From assembly GCA_964016885.1 (NCBI GenBank), contig OZ024761.1, forward strand, positions 19,902,001-19,966,000: a DNA stretch of 64,000 nt, given 5' to 3'. The notes under the pieces were generated by a model that was not told the DNA's origin, made no database searches, and was given only the letters and a program-made list of their open reading frames with translations. The DNA is from Eledone cirrhosa (Eukaryota). Position numbers and translations under genes: made by a program. Positions 14,223 through 27,789 of the stretch are shown piece by piece; the stretch's first letter is position 1; each line of letters opens with the position of its first letter.

Positions 14223-15577
14223 GGATCCGTTTTAGAATTCAGCAGAAAATAATAAAATTAAATTAAACTAAACTAAACTAAAATACAATAAATCAGAAAC
14301 TAAATAAAATTATATAAAACTAAAATAAAGCAAAACAAAACAAACATAAAATAAAAAATGAAATAAAATAAAAAGCTGCTGAGTTAGTTTCATTAACGGA
14401 TAAAAATATGTAAAAAAAGATTTTTTTTTAAATAAATAAACTAAAACTAAGCAAGTATTTTTGTTATTTTTTTAATTATTAATTTATTAATTATTTTCTA
14501 TAGGTTTCTATAGTTATTTAAATTTATAAAGTTTAATTATTTAATTGAAATGTACAACACACATTACTGTTAGTTTCTTCTTAGAAATATATATATTAGT
14601 TAGCTCAACCTTAGTTACGTATAATTGCAGTAAACTTTTACGTATAATTTTCCAGGTGTGTGTTTGATTGTGTACCTGTCTTAGAGAAGTTTCCTGTCCC
14701 TGTTAACAGACATCACATACTTAGAAAGTCTTCAAATTATTGATAAGTTATCTGAAGAATTTTTCATTCTGTCTACATAAGGAATTATTGAAGATCTGCC
14801 TTTATTTTTTATTGATTCGCTTTTATAAACGACAGAAAGTATCGAGTAATCTGCTGAATATTGGTCTTACTAGTTTAAAACTTGTACTCGATACTTGGTA
14901 TAATAGAGTGTATTTATACTAGAGTCGGGGCCCGACGGCTGAGCTCTTGCCGTTTCGACACCAAATTCTAGACTCTATATATATATATATATACAAAGTT
15001 TTTAACGAATATATTCTTCACTCCAATAAATATATCTATTTTTTTAGTCAGTTTCGCTTTTAAATTAATTAAACTTGAAACGGAGTGAAACCTGTTGAAA
15101 TTCAATTTAATCCTGCTCATATTTCCACCTGTAAAATATCCCACAATCTTTTTTTTTGCTCTTAATTTTATTTTATTTTCGATCATTAAATAAAATATAA
15201 CAATTTATTTTTCACAACTTTAAAAAATAAAAAAAAGTTTACTGCATAGTTTGTTGGGTTTTTTTTCATTTTTTTTAAATATATATTTTAACAAAATAAG
15301 TAAACTTTATTTAATAATTTTTGAATTAATAACGTCCTAACTGCATTAAACGTTAAAATATTCATTATAATTAATTAGTTTAAATTCAAAAACTTCTCCA
15401 TTAGCGTCTACCGGGCTAGAAATAAAACTTTTCTTTAAACAAATATATTTTATATATAATATATAACAGAATAAATCATTTTATAGGGGTCACTTTGATG
15501 AATGGACCCCTAATATTTTATTTCAATGTCTTTCTTTAATAGAAGAAAAAAAGTTGGGTTTTTTCCCTAAAGATGTC

Positions 15578-15631
<54 letters not shown>

Positions 15632-16004
15632 CGGATGGATTCAGTTATAAACTGGTTCGATCATTACTTACCTGAGTACTCGATACTTGGAGTAGGAGAG
15701 AATGGTTATATGAATAAGTTAGGATCCCGACGGCTGAGCTCTTGCCGTTTCGACAGCTAGTTCCAGTCTGGACTCATTCATATAATAATTATACATACAT
15801 TTCTTTGATAGATATAGGTGTTCGAGTTTTATTTTATTTTACTTTATTTTTTCGGTGAAGACGGTGTGAAGTTGTGACAGTCATGCCTTTCCCAATGACA
15901 TTGACGATGATTTAGAATCAAAACTTTCGATATTTCATTCTACTATACAACTTTTAGTAAAATTAGTAGAAGGTCAGATAGATTTTGAAGGAGTCTACCA
16001 GTGA

Positions 16005-16480
16005 ATTACTGGTACTTTATTTATAGACCCCTGTAAGGATGAAAGGTAAAGCTAATCTCGGTGGGATTTGAAGTCAGAACGTAAAGGCTGTAACTCTATG
16101 CTACGAAGCATGGTGTCCGACGCTCTACCGATGCTATCACTTCACCACCTTAACCTAAACAATAATAATTGTTTTTACTTTAGGCACAAGGCCAGCAATT
16201 ACCCAGTGCATTCGTGGTACTTATTTTATCGACCCCGTAAGGATGAAAGGCAAAGTCAACCTCGGCGGGATTTGAACTCAGATCGTAAAGGGACGTAACT
16301 ATGCTGGAAAGCATGACGTCCGACCCTCTACCGATACTGCCAATCCACAAACAATAATAATTGTTTCTACTTTTGGCACAAGGCCAGCAATTACACAGTA
16401 CGTTACTGGTACTTTATTTTATCGACCCCGTAAGGATGAAAGGCAAAGTTAACCTCGGCGGGATTTGAACTCAGAATGGC
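16005..16480 (-). mobile_element. Three tandem tRNA SINE copies with Nin/Deu-like core
   Basis: Reverse complement gagttcaaatcccgccgaggttgactttgcctttcatccttacggggtcgataaaataaagtacc is repeated; related copies at ~17330-17520, 20970-21110, 28270-28390 and 63030-63075. Confidence 0.8.
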
Positions 16481-17329
16481 AAGGGCCGTAAACAAACAAT
16501 AATAATAACAGTCTTCAGAGAAGAACCTCCCCTCACTGTTTTGGTCCTTCTTGCACTCTATAGGAGTGCTGGACCCCATGCGCCCTTCTGCTAACAAATA
16601 ACCATTCATATACAGGAAACTTGGTTGTGTAATTAAATCGACCTCAGTACATTACTGGTGCTTTAGGGGTCGATTTAAGTGACTTTCCCCTTCCCTCAAA
16701 ATTGTGCCTAAAATAATAATTTCTACTTTAGGTACAAGGCCAGTAATGATCATCGTGGAAAGCGACGGAGGATATATCATTAAACATCCATCATATGACA
16801 TATGGCAATGGATGAACCTTTACGAGGTCGTTCACCTTGTTAGAAATAGCACCCACATTTCCTGTCTTTTTTTTTAAAGGTAAGGGCACACGGGATAATA
16901 TTGAGTCCGCTATAGAAAAATGACGGGATTGTCATGGCAGGAGTGGCTTTGATACTGAGTTTTCTCGATCCTGGTTGACCTAGGGTTAAACAACAACAGC
17001 CGGCTTATAGAATATAATCGATTGTAATATAACCACGTGTGAGACAGCATGCTGTAGACCAGGGCGATTAGATACTAGAAGCACACATATACACACATAC
17101 ATACATATATAAATACACATATATACATGCATACACACTCTCATATGCACGCACATACACACCCTCATATATACACATACACACATATACGCATACACAC
17201 CCACACACTCATATATACACGTATTTACACCCACATTTACAAACACACACACAAACATATATATATATACACACATATATATATATATATATATAACTCA
17301 CACACATATATACACAAATATATAATACT

Positions 17330-17520
17330 TGTTTCTACTTTAGGCACAAGGCCAGCAATTACCGCATTAGTGCATTACTGGTACTTTATTTTATCGACCC
17401 CGTAAGGATGAAAGGCAAAGTCAACCTCGGCGGGATTTGAACTCAGATCGTAAAGGGACGTAACTATGCTTGAAAGCATGGCGTCCGACCCTCTACCGAT
17501 ACTGCCAATCCACCGCCCTA
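17330..17520 (-). mobile_element. tRNA SINE with Nin/Deu-like core
   Basis: Near-identical to 16170-16348. Confidence 0.8.
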
Positions 17521-17664
17521 CACAAATATATAATACTGAAACGAAGTCATTTTATTAAGGCTAACAGTGAGTCCTGCTACTGACAAACGCGCGCACACTT
17601 ACAACCACGTCCCGACTCACAGCCAGACACACGTTGTTGTCTCTCGTCTCTCATTCGCTCTTTT

Positions 17665-17970
17665 ACTACCACTACTACTACCACCACCACCACCACTACT
17701 ACCATCACAATCACCATTACCACAACAACCACCACCACTACTACCACCAGCAGCACCACTATTACTACCACCCACACCACCACTCCTCTTCTCTCCATAC
17801 TTTATCTGTCAACGTCTGTACTTATCTCTCCATTGTCTACTTCTATCTCCCCCACAGCCACCGCCTCTGCCACCAACACCATTATTTCAGTCATCACCAC
17901 CATCATCACTAGCACCACATCTACAGCCACCACCATCACCACCACAACAATCACCATCAGCACCACCAAA
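17665..17970. repeat. (CAC/CAT/CTA)n low-complexity tract
   Basis: Trinucleotide repeats; similar tract at 29295-29440. Confidence 0.85.
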
Positions 17971-18390
17971 TGCACTACAAATATGGTAAACTTAAGCAAA
18001 AAAAACAAAAAAAAAAAAACAAACCGAAATGTTTGTTGTTTTATCTGAAACACTTCATAAACAGTTGTAAAATATTCACAATAAGGTAAATAAAATAATC
18101 AAATTTTCTTTTTTTTTTTTCTGTTGTAGAGAGATAACCTCTTAGATAATCACTCCTACACATTCCCTGTGCTGACATACAAAAACTATTCTGTCATACG
18201 ATAAAGAAAAAACAACCAACTAACTATGTCAACAAATATTTTCTTTTTTGTGTTAAACTTCTGTAGTTTACCTATTTTGTGTCATGTGATAAAAGAAATG
18301 GAGAAAATAAAATTCGCTTCAGAATTTGTATAAAAAGCTCCATATGCTTAGGACAAAAACTATGTGTGTGTGTGTATATATATATATATG

Positions 18391-18617
18391 AAAAAAAAGG
18401 AAAAGAATGACTTCACTTGTAGTTCTAGACAATTTGATTTAATTTTATAATATTATGAGTTGGTAGATCTAGAAAGTTCTCCAAGAAAGTTAACCAGGAA
18501 TCTTTAAAATTCTTCCAACCGAAGTTAACAAAAAACTTACTAGATCTACCAACTCATAATATAAAATTAAATCAATTTGTTTAGAACTACAAGTGAAGTC
18601 ATTCTTTTTCTTTTTTC
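18391..18617. repeat. Inverted repeat, ~80-bp arms with ~65-bp loop (MITE-like hairpin)
   Basis: aagaatgacttcacttgtagttcta...gagttggtagatctag is mirrored by ctagatctaccaactc...tagaactacaagtgaagtcattctt. Confidence 0.85.
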
Positions 18618-18953
18618 AATTATACCTAACTGTACCAAGGATCTCACACATTTTCCAATATATGAACAATTATGAATGTCTATATCCAATATATATATAT
18701 ATATATATTGGATATAGACATTCATAATTTTTCAGGGGTGCAGCTGCACACCCAGCAATACCCCTCTGGGAAGGGACACTGTAACAAATTCTTCTGGGTG
18801 TTTAACCCTTTAGCATTTAAACTGGCCATATCTGGCCAGAATTCTCTCACCTCTTTCTGTTCAAATCAGCTGTAACTGGCTGCCAATACTTACGTTAAGG
18901 TATTATTCTCAAAATAAATAATATCAAAATCTCATAGATTTGATATCATGTGA

Positions 18954-19709
18954 GATATTATGTGAGGTAAAGCCTTTACTGTGAAAATACAATAGTATAT
19001 ATAGAGTAATGTAAATGTTATATGAGATATTATGTGAGGTAAACCCTTTACTGTGAAAATACAATAGTATATATAGAGTAATGTAAATGTTATGTGAGGT
19101 AAAGCCTTTACTGTGAAAATACAATAGTATATATAGAGTAATGTAACTGTTATATGAGATATTATGTGAGGTAAAGCCTTTACTGTGAAAATACAATAGT
19201 ATATATAGAGTAATGTAAATGTTATGTGAGATATTATGTGAGGTAAAGCCTTTACTGTGAAAATACAATAGTATATATAGAGTAATGTAAATGTTATGTG
19301 AGATATTATGTGAGGTAAAACCTTTACTGTGAAAATACAATAGTAAATATAGAGTAATGTAAATGTTATGTGAGATATTATGTGAGGTAAAGCCTTTACT
19401 GTGAAAATACAATAGTATATATAGAGTAATGTAAATGTTATGTGAGATATTATGTGAGGTAAAACCTTTACTGTGAAAATACAATAGTAAATATAGAGTA
19501 ATGTAAATGTTATGTGAGATATTATGTGAGGTAAAGCCTTTACTGTGAAAATACAATAGTATATATAGAGTAATGTAAATGTTATGTGAGATATTGTGAG
19601 GTAAAGCCTTTACTGTGAAAATACAATAGTATATATAGAGTAATGTAAATATATATACTAATGTAAATGTTATGTGAGGTAAAGCCTTTACTGTGAAAAT
19701 ATAATAGTA
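18954..19709. repeat. 72-bp minisatellite, ~10.5 copies
   Basis: Unit gatattatgtgaggtaaagcctttactgtgaaaatacaatagtatatatagagtaatgtaaatgttatgtga. Confidence 0.95.
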
Positions 19710-19917
19710 TAGGGTGGCCACTGAAAGACTGAATGATATAAAACAAAAATAACTTTTACAAACACATGGCTTTTTTTATATTTTAATTATTTTATTTGGA
19801 AATATAAGTAATGGATTTTTTTCAGTATTATGTGTGAAAAACAACAAGGGATGCTCTATAACCTGAACAGAAAAGAAAAAAGATTGAAAACGAACAGGTT
19901 TTTCAGTGGTCACCCCG
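19710..19917. mobile_element. Tc1/mariner-type MITE nested in the last minisatellite unit
   Basis: TA|(t)AGGGTGGCCACTGAAA ... TTTCAGTGGTCACCCCG|TA. Confidence 0.75.
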
Positions 19918-21742
19918 TATATATAGAGTAAATGGTAAAGGGTTAACCATGTTGTGGGCAGATGGAGCAGTGGTGGTGTTGTTGATAGAGAAATAGATGA
20001 AATAATGGAGGTAGTCAGAGAATGTAACGGAATAATTATGTTTAGCCTAGTTATGGGAGAAACACACAACAGTGAAAGTAATCTCAGTATAGACTGCACA
20101 ATCAGAACTAACACATGGAGCAGAAGTATTGTTTCTATTGAGGACTGTCTGTAGATTAAACAGATAACATATGACATCAACCTCATTATCACAGCTGTTG
20201 ACTTTAAATCAACATTTTGTCTAACACCAATGGTGGCTACTCAGGCATACATGTGGGTGTGAGGGGAGGGGGCCCCAAAAGGTCTTCAAGTCCTCTGATG
20301 TAAATGACCATTTGCAACAATAACTTCAGGAAACCAGCCAACCAATCAACCAATCGCCTGATTATTTATCAATAAGGTGAGGACACAAACCAGATAGACT
20401 TTAAACTTCGTAGGAAACAGGATAGACAAACAGTTGTAAATACTAACTTCTTTTCCCAGGACAAATGGAACATGAATTAATCGTCCTCTTCTTTTTCTAT
20501 CTTCTTCTTCACCCATTTATTCCTGAAAGGGTCGTGGTGGCAGAGTGCCCAAACCCTCCTTCTAGCAAGTCCTTCCAGAGCAACCCTTAACCCAAACCCT
20601 CCTTCTAGCAGGTCCTTCCAGAAGCAACCATCTCCAACTAATCCAGTTCAGTCCCCAAACGAGACCAGCCAAGCTCATGGGTGTTATCCAACCATCTTGC
20701 TAGGGGTGGGTCTACCCCTGGGTCTCATGCTGGTTGATTTTGCCCATAAGTTAGTGACGAGTGAATTCAGAAGAAAGTCTTCCTATATATAGACCCACAA
20801 CTCCTCTGTGGTATTTTAAACCTGGCAAAGCCCTTCCCCTCTCCAGATGTGGCCGTAGCCTACTAACAGCCAATTTCCCCCATGTTATGGGGAAGGCACT
20901 CTGGATCTTTTCCAGAGAGAGATAGGAAGAGGAAGTCAGAAAGAGATGTAGAAGAAGAATCAACGCCAGTACTCGACTGGTATTTCTTTTTATCTACCTA
21001 AAAATGATGAATGGTAAAGTTGACCTCTGCAGGATTTGAACCCAGAGAGAGAGTCAGAACAAATACCACAAATCATTCTATCCAACATTCTAAAGACTCT
21101 ACCAATTCGCCATCTTTTCCTATGTAACACATGAGAAGGGCCTGTCCAACCTGTCCAACCCATGCAAGTGGGTGATGATGATGATGATGGTGGTGGTTAT
21201 TGTTGATTTTAAAATTGTTTTAATTGTTATTGTTATTATGAAATAAAATATTCAGTAAGTGAAATACAAATATCTTAAATATCCAAATGAAATAGAGGAA
21301 AGGTTCACTGGGAAGTGTGTGTGTGTGTGTGGGGGGGGGGGGTCTAGAGTGTGTGTGTGGAGGGTGGGGTGTGTAGGTGTATACTGTGTATATTTGTGAA
21401 TTCCTTGACAACAGTATGTCAGTAGAAATATTCAACAACATTACATGCAATTGAACAGTTTTATCAGCTTGTCATCATCATCATAATCATCATCATCATC
21501 GCCATGATCCTCACGACCATTGCTATCATACTTGCCACCACCTCCAGTTCACACTGTAGGAAGGACATCCAGCCGTAGAAACCAAACCAGAAACAGTTCT
21601 GTATGAGCAAGACATGGTCATCTGATCTGACTTGTCTCACAATGGGACAACTCGTCTGACCCATGCTAGCATGGAAAAGGGACGTTAAATGATGATGAAG
21701 TATGTATGTAAATGTATGATCATAATTTTCTATAATGTTAAT

Positions 21743-22160
21743 GAGGCCATAGTATCTAGAATAAGGATGGGTTAGAAAAAGTTTAGGGAGCTGCTTCCTC
21801 TGCTGACGGAGAAGGGCTTCTCCCTGCGTACGAAAAGGCCGGTTATATGATGCCTGTGTGAGGAGCGCGATGCTGCATGGTAGTGAGACATGGGCAGCAA
21901 CTGCAGAGGATATGCGACGGCTGGAGAGAAATGAGGCAAGCATGCTCCGTTGGATGTGCAATGTCAATGTGCGTAAATGATCCAGCATGAATGTGTTGAG
22001 AGAGAAACTGTGTCTGAGAGGGATAGAATGTAGTGTGCAAGAGAGGAGACTGAGGTGGTACGGACATGTGATGTGCATGGAGGATGACCGATGGGTGAAG
22101 AAGTGCCAGGAAATGCCAGTTGAAGGAAGACGTGGTAGAGGTAGACCACGAAAAACATGG
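21743..22160 (+). mobile_element. Older RTE family A fragment lacking its 3' end
   Basis: Corresponds to ~27206-27622 with a frameshift and a stop; ends at GRPRKTW. Confidence 0.9.
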
Positions 22161-23521
22161 CCTTTCGTACGCAGGGAGAAACCCTTCTTCGTCAACAGAG
22201 GAAGCAGCTCCCTAAACTTCTTCCAACCCGTCCTTATTCTAGATACTATGGCCTCGGAACACCCTCCTCCCATGCTAATCTGATCTCCTAGGTACCGGAA
22301 GCTATCCACCACTTCTATAGCGCCCTCTCGCATTTGAAAAATGTGTCTATCAGTGCGACTTCTACTGTCTAATTTCCCTGTACATCTACTGCATACATAG
22401 TTCTCCCTACCTGTTAGTTTGCCTGCTATCCCGCTACATCTCTTGTGTACCCAGGACCTGCATTGTGTGCATTTTATAGAATTTATGCCAGTTCCTTTTC
22501 TGCATATCGAACATGGCCATTTCCCTGACGGAATCAGGGTTTTGTCCTCTTTTCTACTCATCAACACTTTTGTCTTAGCTAGATTTACTCTCAGTCCTCT
22601 TGCTTCCAACTGCTGTTTCCATAGCCGGAATTTATTCTCTAGCTCCTCTACTGATTCTGCTATAAGAGCCAGATCGTCAGCATAGAGAAGTTCCCATGGA
22701 CAGCCAGTCTTAAACTCCTCTGTTATGGCTTGGAGGACTATAATGAACAAGAGCGGGCTGAGGACCGAACCCTGATGTACTCCTACTTGTATCTGGAATT
22801 CCTCACTAAACTCCATTCCTACCCTGACTTTACTGAGAGTACCTCTGTACAAAGTTTGCACTGTCCTCACAAGCCATTCTTCAACACCTAGCTTCCTTAG
22901 GGACCACCAGATGACAGATCGGGGTACCCTATCAAAGGCCTTCTCTAGGTCAACAAAGGCTAAGTATAGTGGCTTATTCTTCTCTAAGAACCTCTCTTGC
23001 ATTTGTCTCACCAAGAAGAGGGCATCTGTTGTACTCTTCCCAGGCACAAAACCAAACTGCATCTCATCAAGTTTGACCCTTTCTCTAATTAGTTGTGCTA
23101 AAATCCTTTCTGCCACTTTCATAACCTGATCTATCAGTTTTATACCCCTATAATTGCTCCTCTCCAAAGCATCCCCTTTACCTTTGTAGCAATTTATGAG
23201 AATACTGCTGCACCAGTCTTTGGGTATGACACCACCATATATAGCCTGATTGATGATGCGTGCAACCAGTTTAGTGCCTACGTCCCCTGATGCCTTCAGC
23301 ATCTCAGCAACTATTCCCGATGGTCCGGCCGCCTTACCATTTTTCATTTCCCTAATCGCCTCTTGGACCCTATATTCGTCAATCTCAATAGCTGGTCCCT
23401 CTGTCGGGTCTACCAAGGGTAATTTCTCTCTCTCCCATTCGTTCTCCACATTCATCAGTCTCTCATAATGACATTTCCAGGCCTCCTTTTTCTGGTCATT
23501 CGTGACACTAAGTACACCGGC
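22158..23521 (-). mobile_element. Young RTE family A RT/PHD fragment, truncated at both ends
   Basis: Near-identical to ~25939-27303; RT motifs DLEKAFD, QGSVLSP, YADD. Confidence 0.95.
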
Positions 23522-23567
23522 ATATATATATATACATATATATATATATGTATATTTATATATATAT

Positions 23568-24024
23568 ATCTAAGGCGAGTAAAATTCCCAAGATCCATGG
23601 ACGAGTTCTCTCCAGCGGTCTCTGTCCCTCATTATCGCTGCCATGTCCTGCGTCTCCAACAGACCAGTGTCTGTCCTTAGGGCATCAACATATGTTAACC
23701 TTGGTCTTCCTCTTCTAGTGTGTCCATGTAGGGGCTCCCAAAGGAGCACTGAGTGCAATGTCAACTCTGGATGTCGGTGAGCATGTCCAGCTAACCTCAG
23801 TCTCCTCTGTCGGACCTTCGTAGAGACCTGAAGATCCGCCTCTTCATTGCTGTAGTGGAGTCTGTGCTGCTGTATGAGTCTGAGACTTGGACACTGACCA
23901 AGAAACTCACTCAGATGGTGGATGAGTGCTACACGAGAATGTTGAGGATTGCTCTGAACATTAATCAGTATACACTGAGGATGAAAAACTCAGAGCTGTA
24001 TGGGAGCATCCCAAAAGTCAGCTC

Positions 24025-24030
<6 letters not shown>
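23568..24030 (-). mobile_element. RTE family B insertion with inverted 5' segment (23810-24030, +)
   Basis: Minus part runs QRRLRLAGH to the stop and TA tail. Plus part SDLR...PKVSSKV ends where the minus part begins in the uninverted copy at 34843. Confidence 0.9.
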
Positions 24031-24731
<701 letters not shown>

Positions 24732-24735
<4 letters not shown>

Positions 24736-25352
24736 ATACTGATTAATGTTCAGAGCCATCCTCAGCATTCTCGTGTAGCACCCATCCACCATCTGAGTGA
24801 GTTTCTTGGTCAGTGTCCAAGTCTCAGACCCATACAGCAGCACAGACTCCACTACAGCAATGAAGAGGAGGATTTTCAGGTCTTTACGAAGGTCCGACTT
24901 CCACACCGATCTCAAGCTGTGGCACGCCGCCCAGGCTTTGCTCTTCCTCTCAACCACATCATCTTCCGTATTCCCAATCTTTGCTCCCAAATACAGGAAG
25001 CCCTCAACCAATTCTAGCAGCTTCCCGCCTACATTAGTGATCCCCTCTGGCTTCTCAACATTCTCTACCAGAGCTGTATGGGAGCAACCCAAAAGTCAGC
25101 TGAAAAGTGACACAGAGGAGACTGAGGTTAGCTGGACATGCTCACCGACATCCAGAGTTGAAATTGCACTCAGTGCTCCTTTGGGAGCCCCTACATGGAC
25201 ACACTAGAAGAGAAAGACCAAGGTTAACGTATGTTGATGCCCTAAGGACAGACACTGGTCTGTTGGAGACGCAGGACATGGCAGCGATAACGAGGGACAG
25301 AGACCGCTGGAGAGAACTCATCCATGGATCTCGGTAATTTTACCCGCCTTAG
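24732..25352 (+). mobile_element. RTE family B insertion with inverted 5' segment (24732-25070, -)
   Basis: Minus part FLYLG...LNINQYT joined head-to-head to plus part ELYG...QRRLRL and the 3' end. Confidence 0.9.
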
Positions 25353-25418
25353 AATAGAAAAAAATATATATGTAAATGTATATATATATATGTATATATA
25401 TATATGTAAATGTATATG

Positions 25419-25451
<33 letters not shown>

Positions 25452-25519
25452 GTATATATATATGTATATAGATATATATGTATATGTATATATATATGTA
25501 TATGGATATATATGTATAT

Positions 25520-27780
25520 AGAAAAGCCCTTCAAGATGTATATGACGAAAAAGAAGACGATTTAGAGACGTATGACATAGATAATAACTGGAAGTTCTTA
25601 CGTGACAACTTGCTGAAGGCTACTGATGAAACCTGTGGCTGGAGCAGAGCTCCAACCAGACAGAGAGTGACCTGGTGGTGGAACAGCAGTGTAGATAAGG
25701 CTATTAGAGACAAAAGACTAGCATGGAAGGCTTGGAATAAGGGTGGGAGTAGGGAAGAATATACAGCCACTAAGAGAGAAGCTAGACGTCAGGTGTACTT
25801 AGCACGCAGGGAGGCAGAGAGTAGGAGGTTTGCCAATGTTCTGCGACGGGAAGATCAGAGGCGTGCGGTGTTCCACATTGCAAGGCAGTGTGTCAATGCA
25901 AATCAGGATGTTGTTGGTGATAAATGTGTCCGGGATGATGCCGGTGTACTTAGTGTCACGAATGACCAGAAAAAGGAGGCCTGGAAATGTCATTATGAGA
26001 GACTGATGAATGTGGAGAACGAATGGGAGAGAGAGAAATTACCCTTGGTAGATCCGACAGAGGGACCAGCTATTGAGATTGACGAATATAGGGTCCAAGA
26101 GGCGATTAGGGAAATGAAAAATGGTAAGGCGGCCGGACCATCGGGAATAGTTGCTGAGATGCTGAAGGCATCAGGGGACGTAGGCACTAAACTGGTTGCA
26201 CGCATAATCAATCAGGCTATATATGGTGGTGTCATACCCAAAGACTGGTGCAGCAGTATTCTCATAAATTGCTACAAAGGTAAAGGGGATGCTTTGGAGA
26301 GGAGCAATTATAGGGGTATAAAACTGATAGATCAGGTTATGAAAGTGGCAGAAAGGATTTTAGCACAACTAATTAGAGAAAGGGTCAAACTAGATGAGAT
26401 GCAGTTTGGTTTTGTGCCTGGGAAGAGTACAACAGATGCCCTCTTCTTGGTGAGACAAATGCAAGAGAGGTTCTTAGAGAAGAATAAGCCACTATACTTA
26501 GCCTTTGTTGACCTAGAGAAGGCCTTTGATAGGGTACCCCGATCTGTCATCTGGTGGTCCCTAAGGAAGCTGGGTGTTGAGGAATGGCTTGTAAGGACAG
26601 TGCAAACTTTGTACAGAGGTACTCTCAGTAAAGTCAGGGTAGGAATGGAGTTTAGTGAGGAATTCCAGATACAAGTAGGAGTACATCAGGGTTCGGTCCT
26701 CAGCCCGCTCTTGTTCATTATAGTCCTCCAAGCCATAACAGAGGAGTTTAAGACTGGCTGTCCATGGGAACTTCTCTATGCTGACGATCTGGCTCTTATG
26801 GCAGAATCAGTAGAGGAGCTAGAGAATAAATTCCGGCTATGGAAACAGCAGTTGGAAGCAAGAGGACTGAGAGTAAATCTAGCTAAGACAAAAGTGTTGA
26901 TGAGTAGAAAAGAGGACAAAACCCTGATTCCGTCAGGGAAATGGCCATGTTCGATATGCAGAAAAGGAACTGGCATAAATTCTATAAAATGCACACAATG
27001 TAGGTCCTGGGTACACAAGAGATGTAGCGGGATAGCAGGCAAACTAACAGGTAGGGAGAACTATGTATGCAGTAGATGTACAGGGAAATTAGACAGTAGA
27101 AGTCGCACTGATAGACACATTTTTCAAATGCGAGAGGGCGCTATAGAAGTGGTGGATAGCTTCCGGTACCTAGGAGATCAGATTAGCATGGGAGGAGGGT
27201 GTTCCGAGGCCATAGTATCTAGAATAAGGACGGGTTGGAAGAAGTTTAGGGAGCTGCTTCCTCTGTTGACGAAGAAGGGTTTCTCCCTGCGTACGAAAGG
27301 CCGGTTGTATGATGCCTGCGTGAGGAGCGCGATGCTGCATGGTAGTGAGACATGGGCAGCTACCGCAGAAGATATGCGACGGCTGGAGAGAAATGAGGCA
27401 AGCATGCTCCGTTGGATGTGCAGTGTAAATGTGCGTGAACGACCCAGCATAAATGTGTTGAGAGAGAAACTGTGTCTGAGAGGGATAGAATGTAGTGTAC
27501 GGGAGAGGAGACTGAGGTGGTATGGACATGTGATGCGCATGGAGGATGACCGATGGGTGAAGAAGTGCCAGGAAATGCCAGTTGAAGGAAGACGTGGTAG
27601 AGGTAGACCACGAAAAACATGGGCGGAGGTGGTGAGAACAGACCTCAGATCATTGAAGCTCACGGTGGAGATGACGAGGGACCGTGACGAGTGGAGAGAT
27701 GCTGTGCTGAATAAGACCCGTCCCACCCTTGCAAGCAGGGAAAAGCGGACGTAAAATGATGATGATGATGATGATGATGA
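25520..27780 (+). mobile_element. 5'-truncated RTE-clade LINE (family A) with an uninterrupted ~745-aa RT frame, internal PHD finger and (ATG)n tail
   Basis: Motifs KAAGPSGI, NYRGIKL, QFGF, AFVDLEKAFD, QGSVLSP, LYADD, FRYLG, GRPRKTW; C4HC3 WPCSIC...CTQC...HKRC...CSRC. The ORF start at 25478 lies in microsatellite. Confidence 0.97.
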
Positions 27781-27789
27781 TATATATGT

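Larger units (their letters stand above)
18806..19942. mobile_element. piggyBac-type MITE expanded by an internal 72-bp minisatellite
   Basis: TTAA|CCCTTTAGCATTT ... AAATGGTAAAGGG|TTAA; same family as 34073-34274. Confidence 0.85.

Noticed and set aside
14003-14230. Mucin-like P/T/V exon on the minus strand
   Set aside because: Frameshifted and lacking splice sites; treated as a minisatellite.
17567-18053. Pro/His/Thr/Val-rich ORFs (also 29255-29966)
   Set aside because: Trinucleotide repeats; no splice or domain support.
18924-19721. 265-aa repeat ORF or CRISPR-like array
   Set aside because: 72-bp tandem units with no unique spacers, derived from a MITE; eukaryotic context.
21464-23455. 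663-aa ORF as an independent gene
   Set aside because: Chimera of an RTE fragment reading into antisense RTE and flanking DNA.
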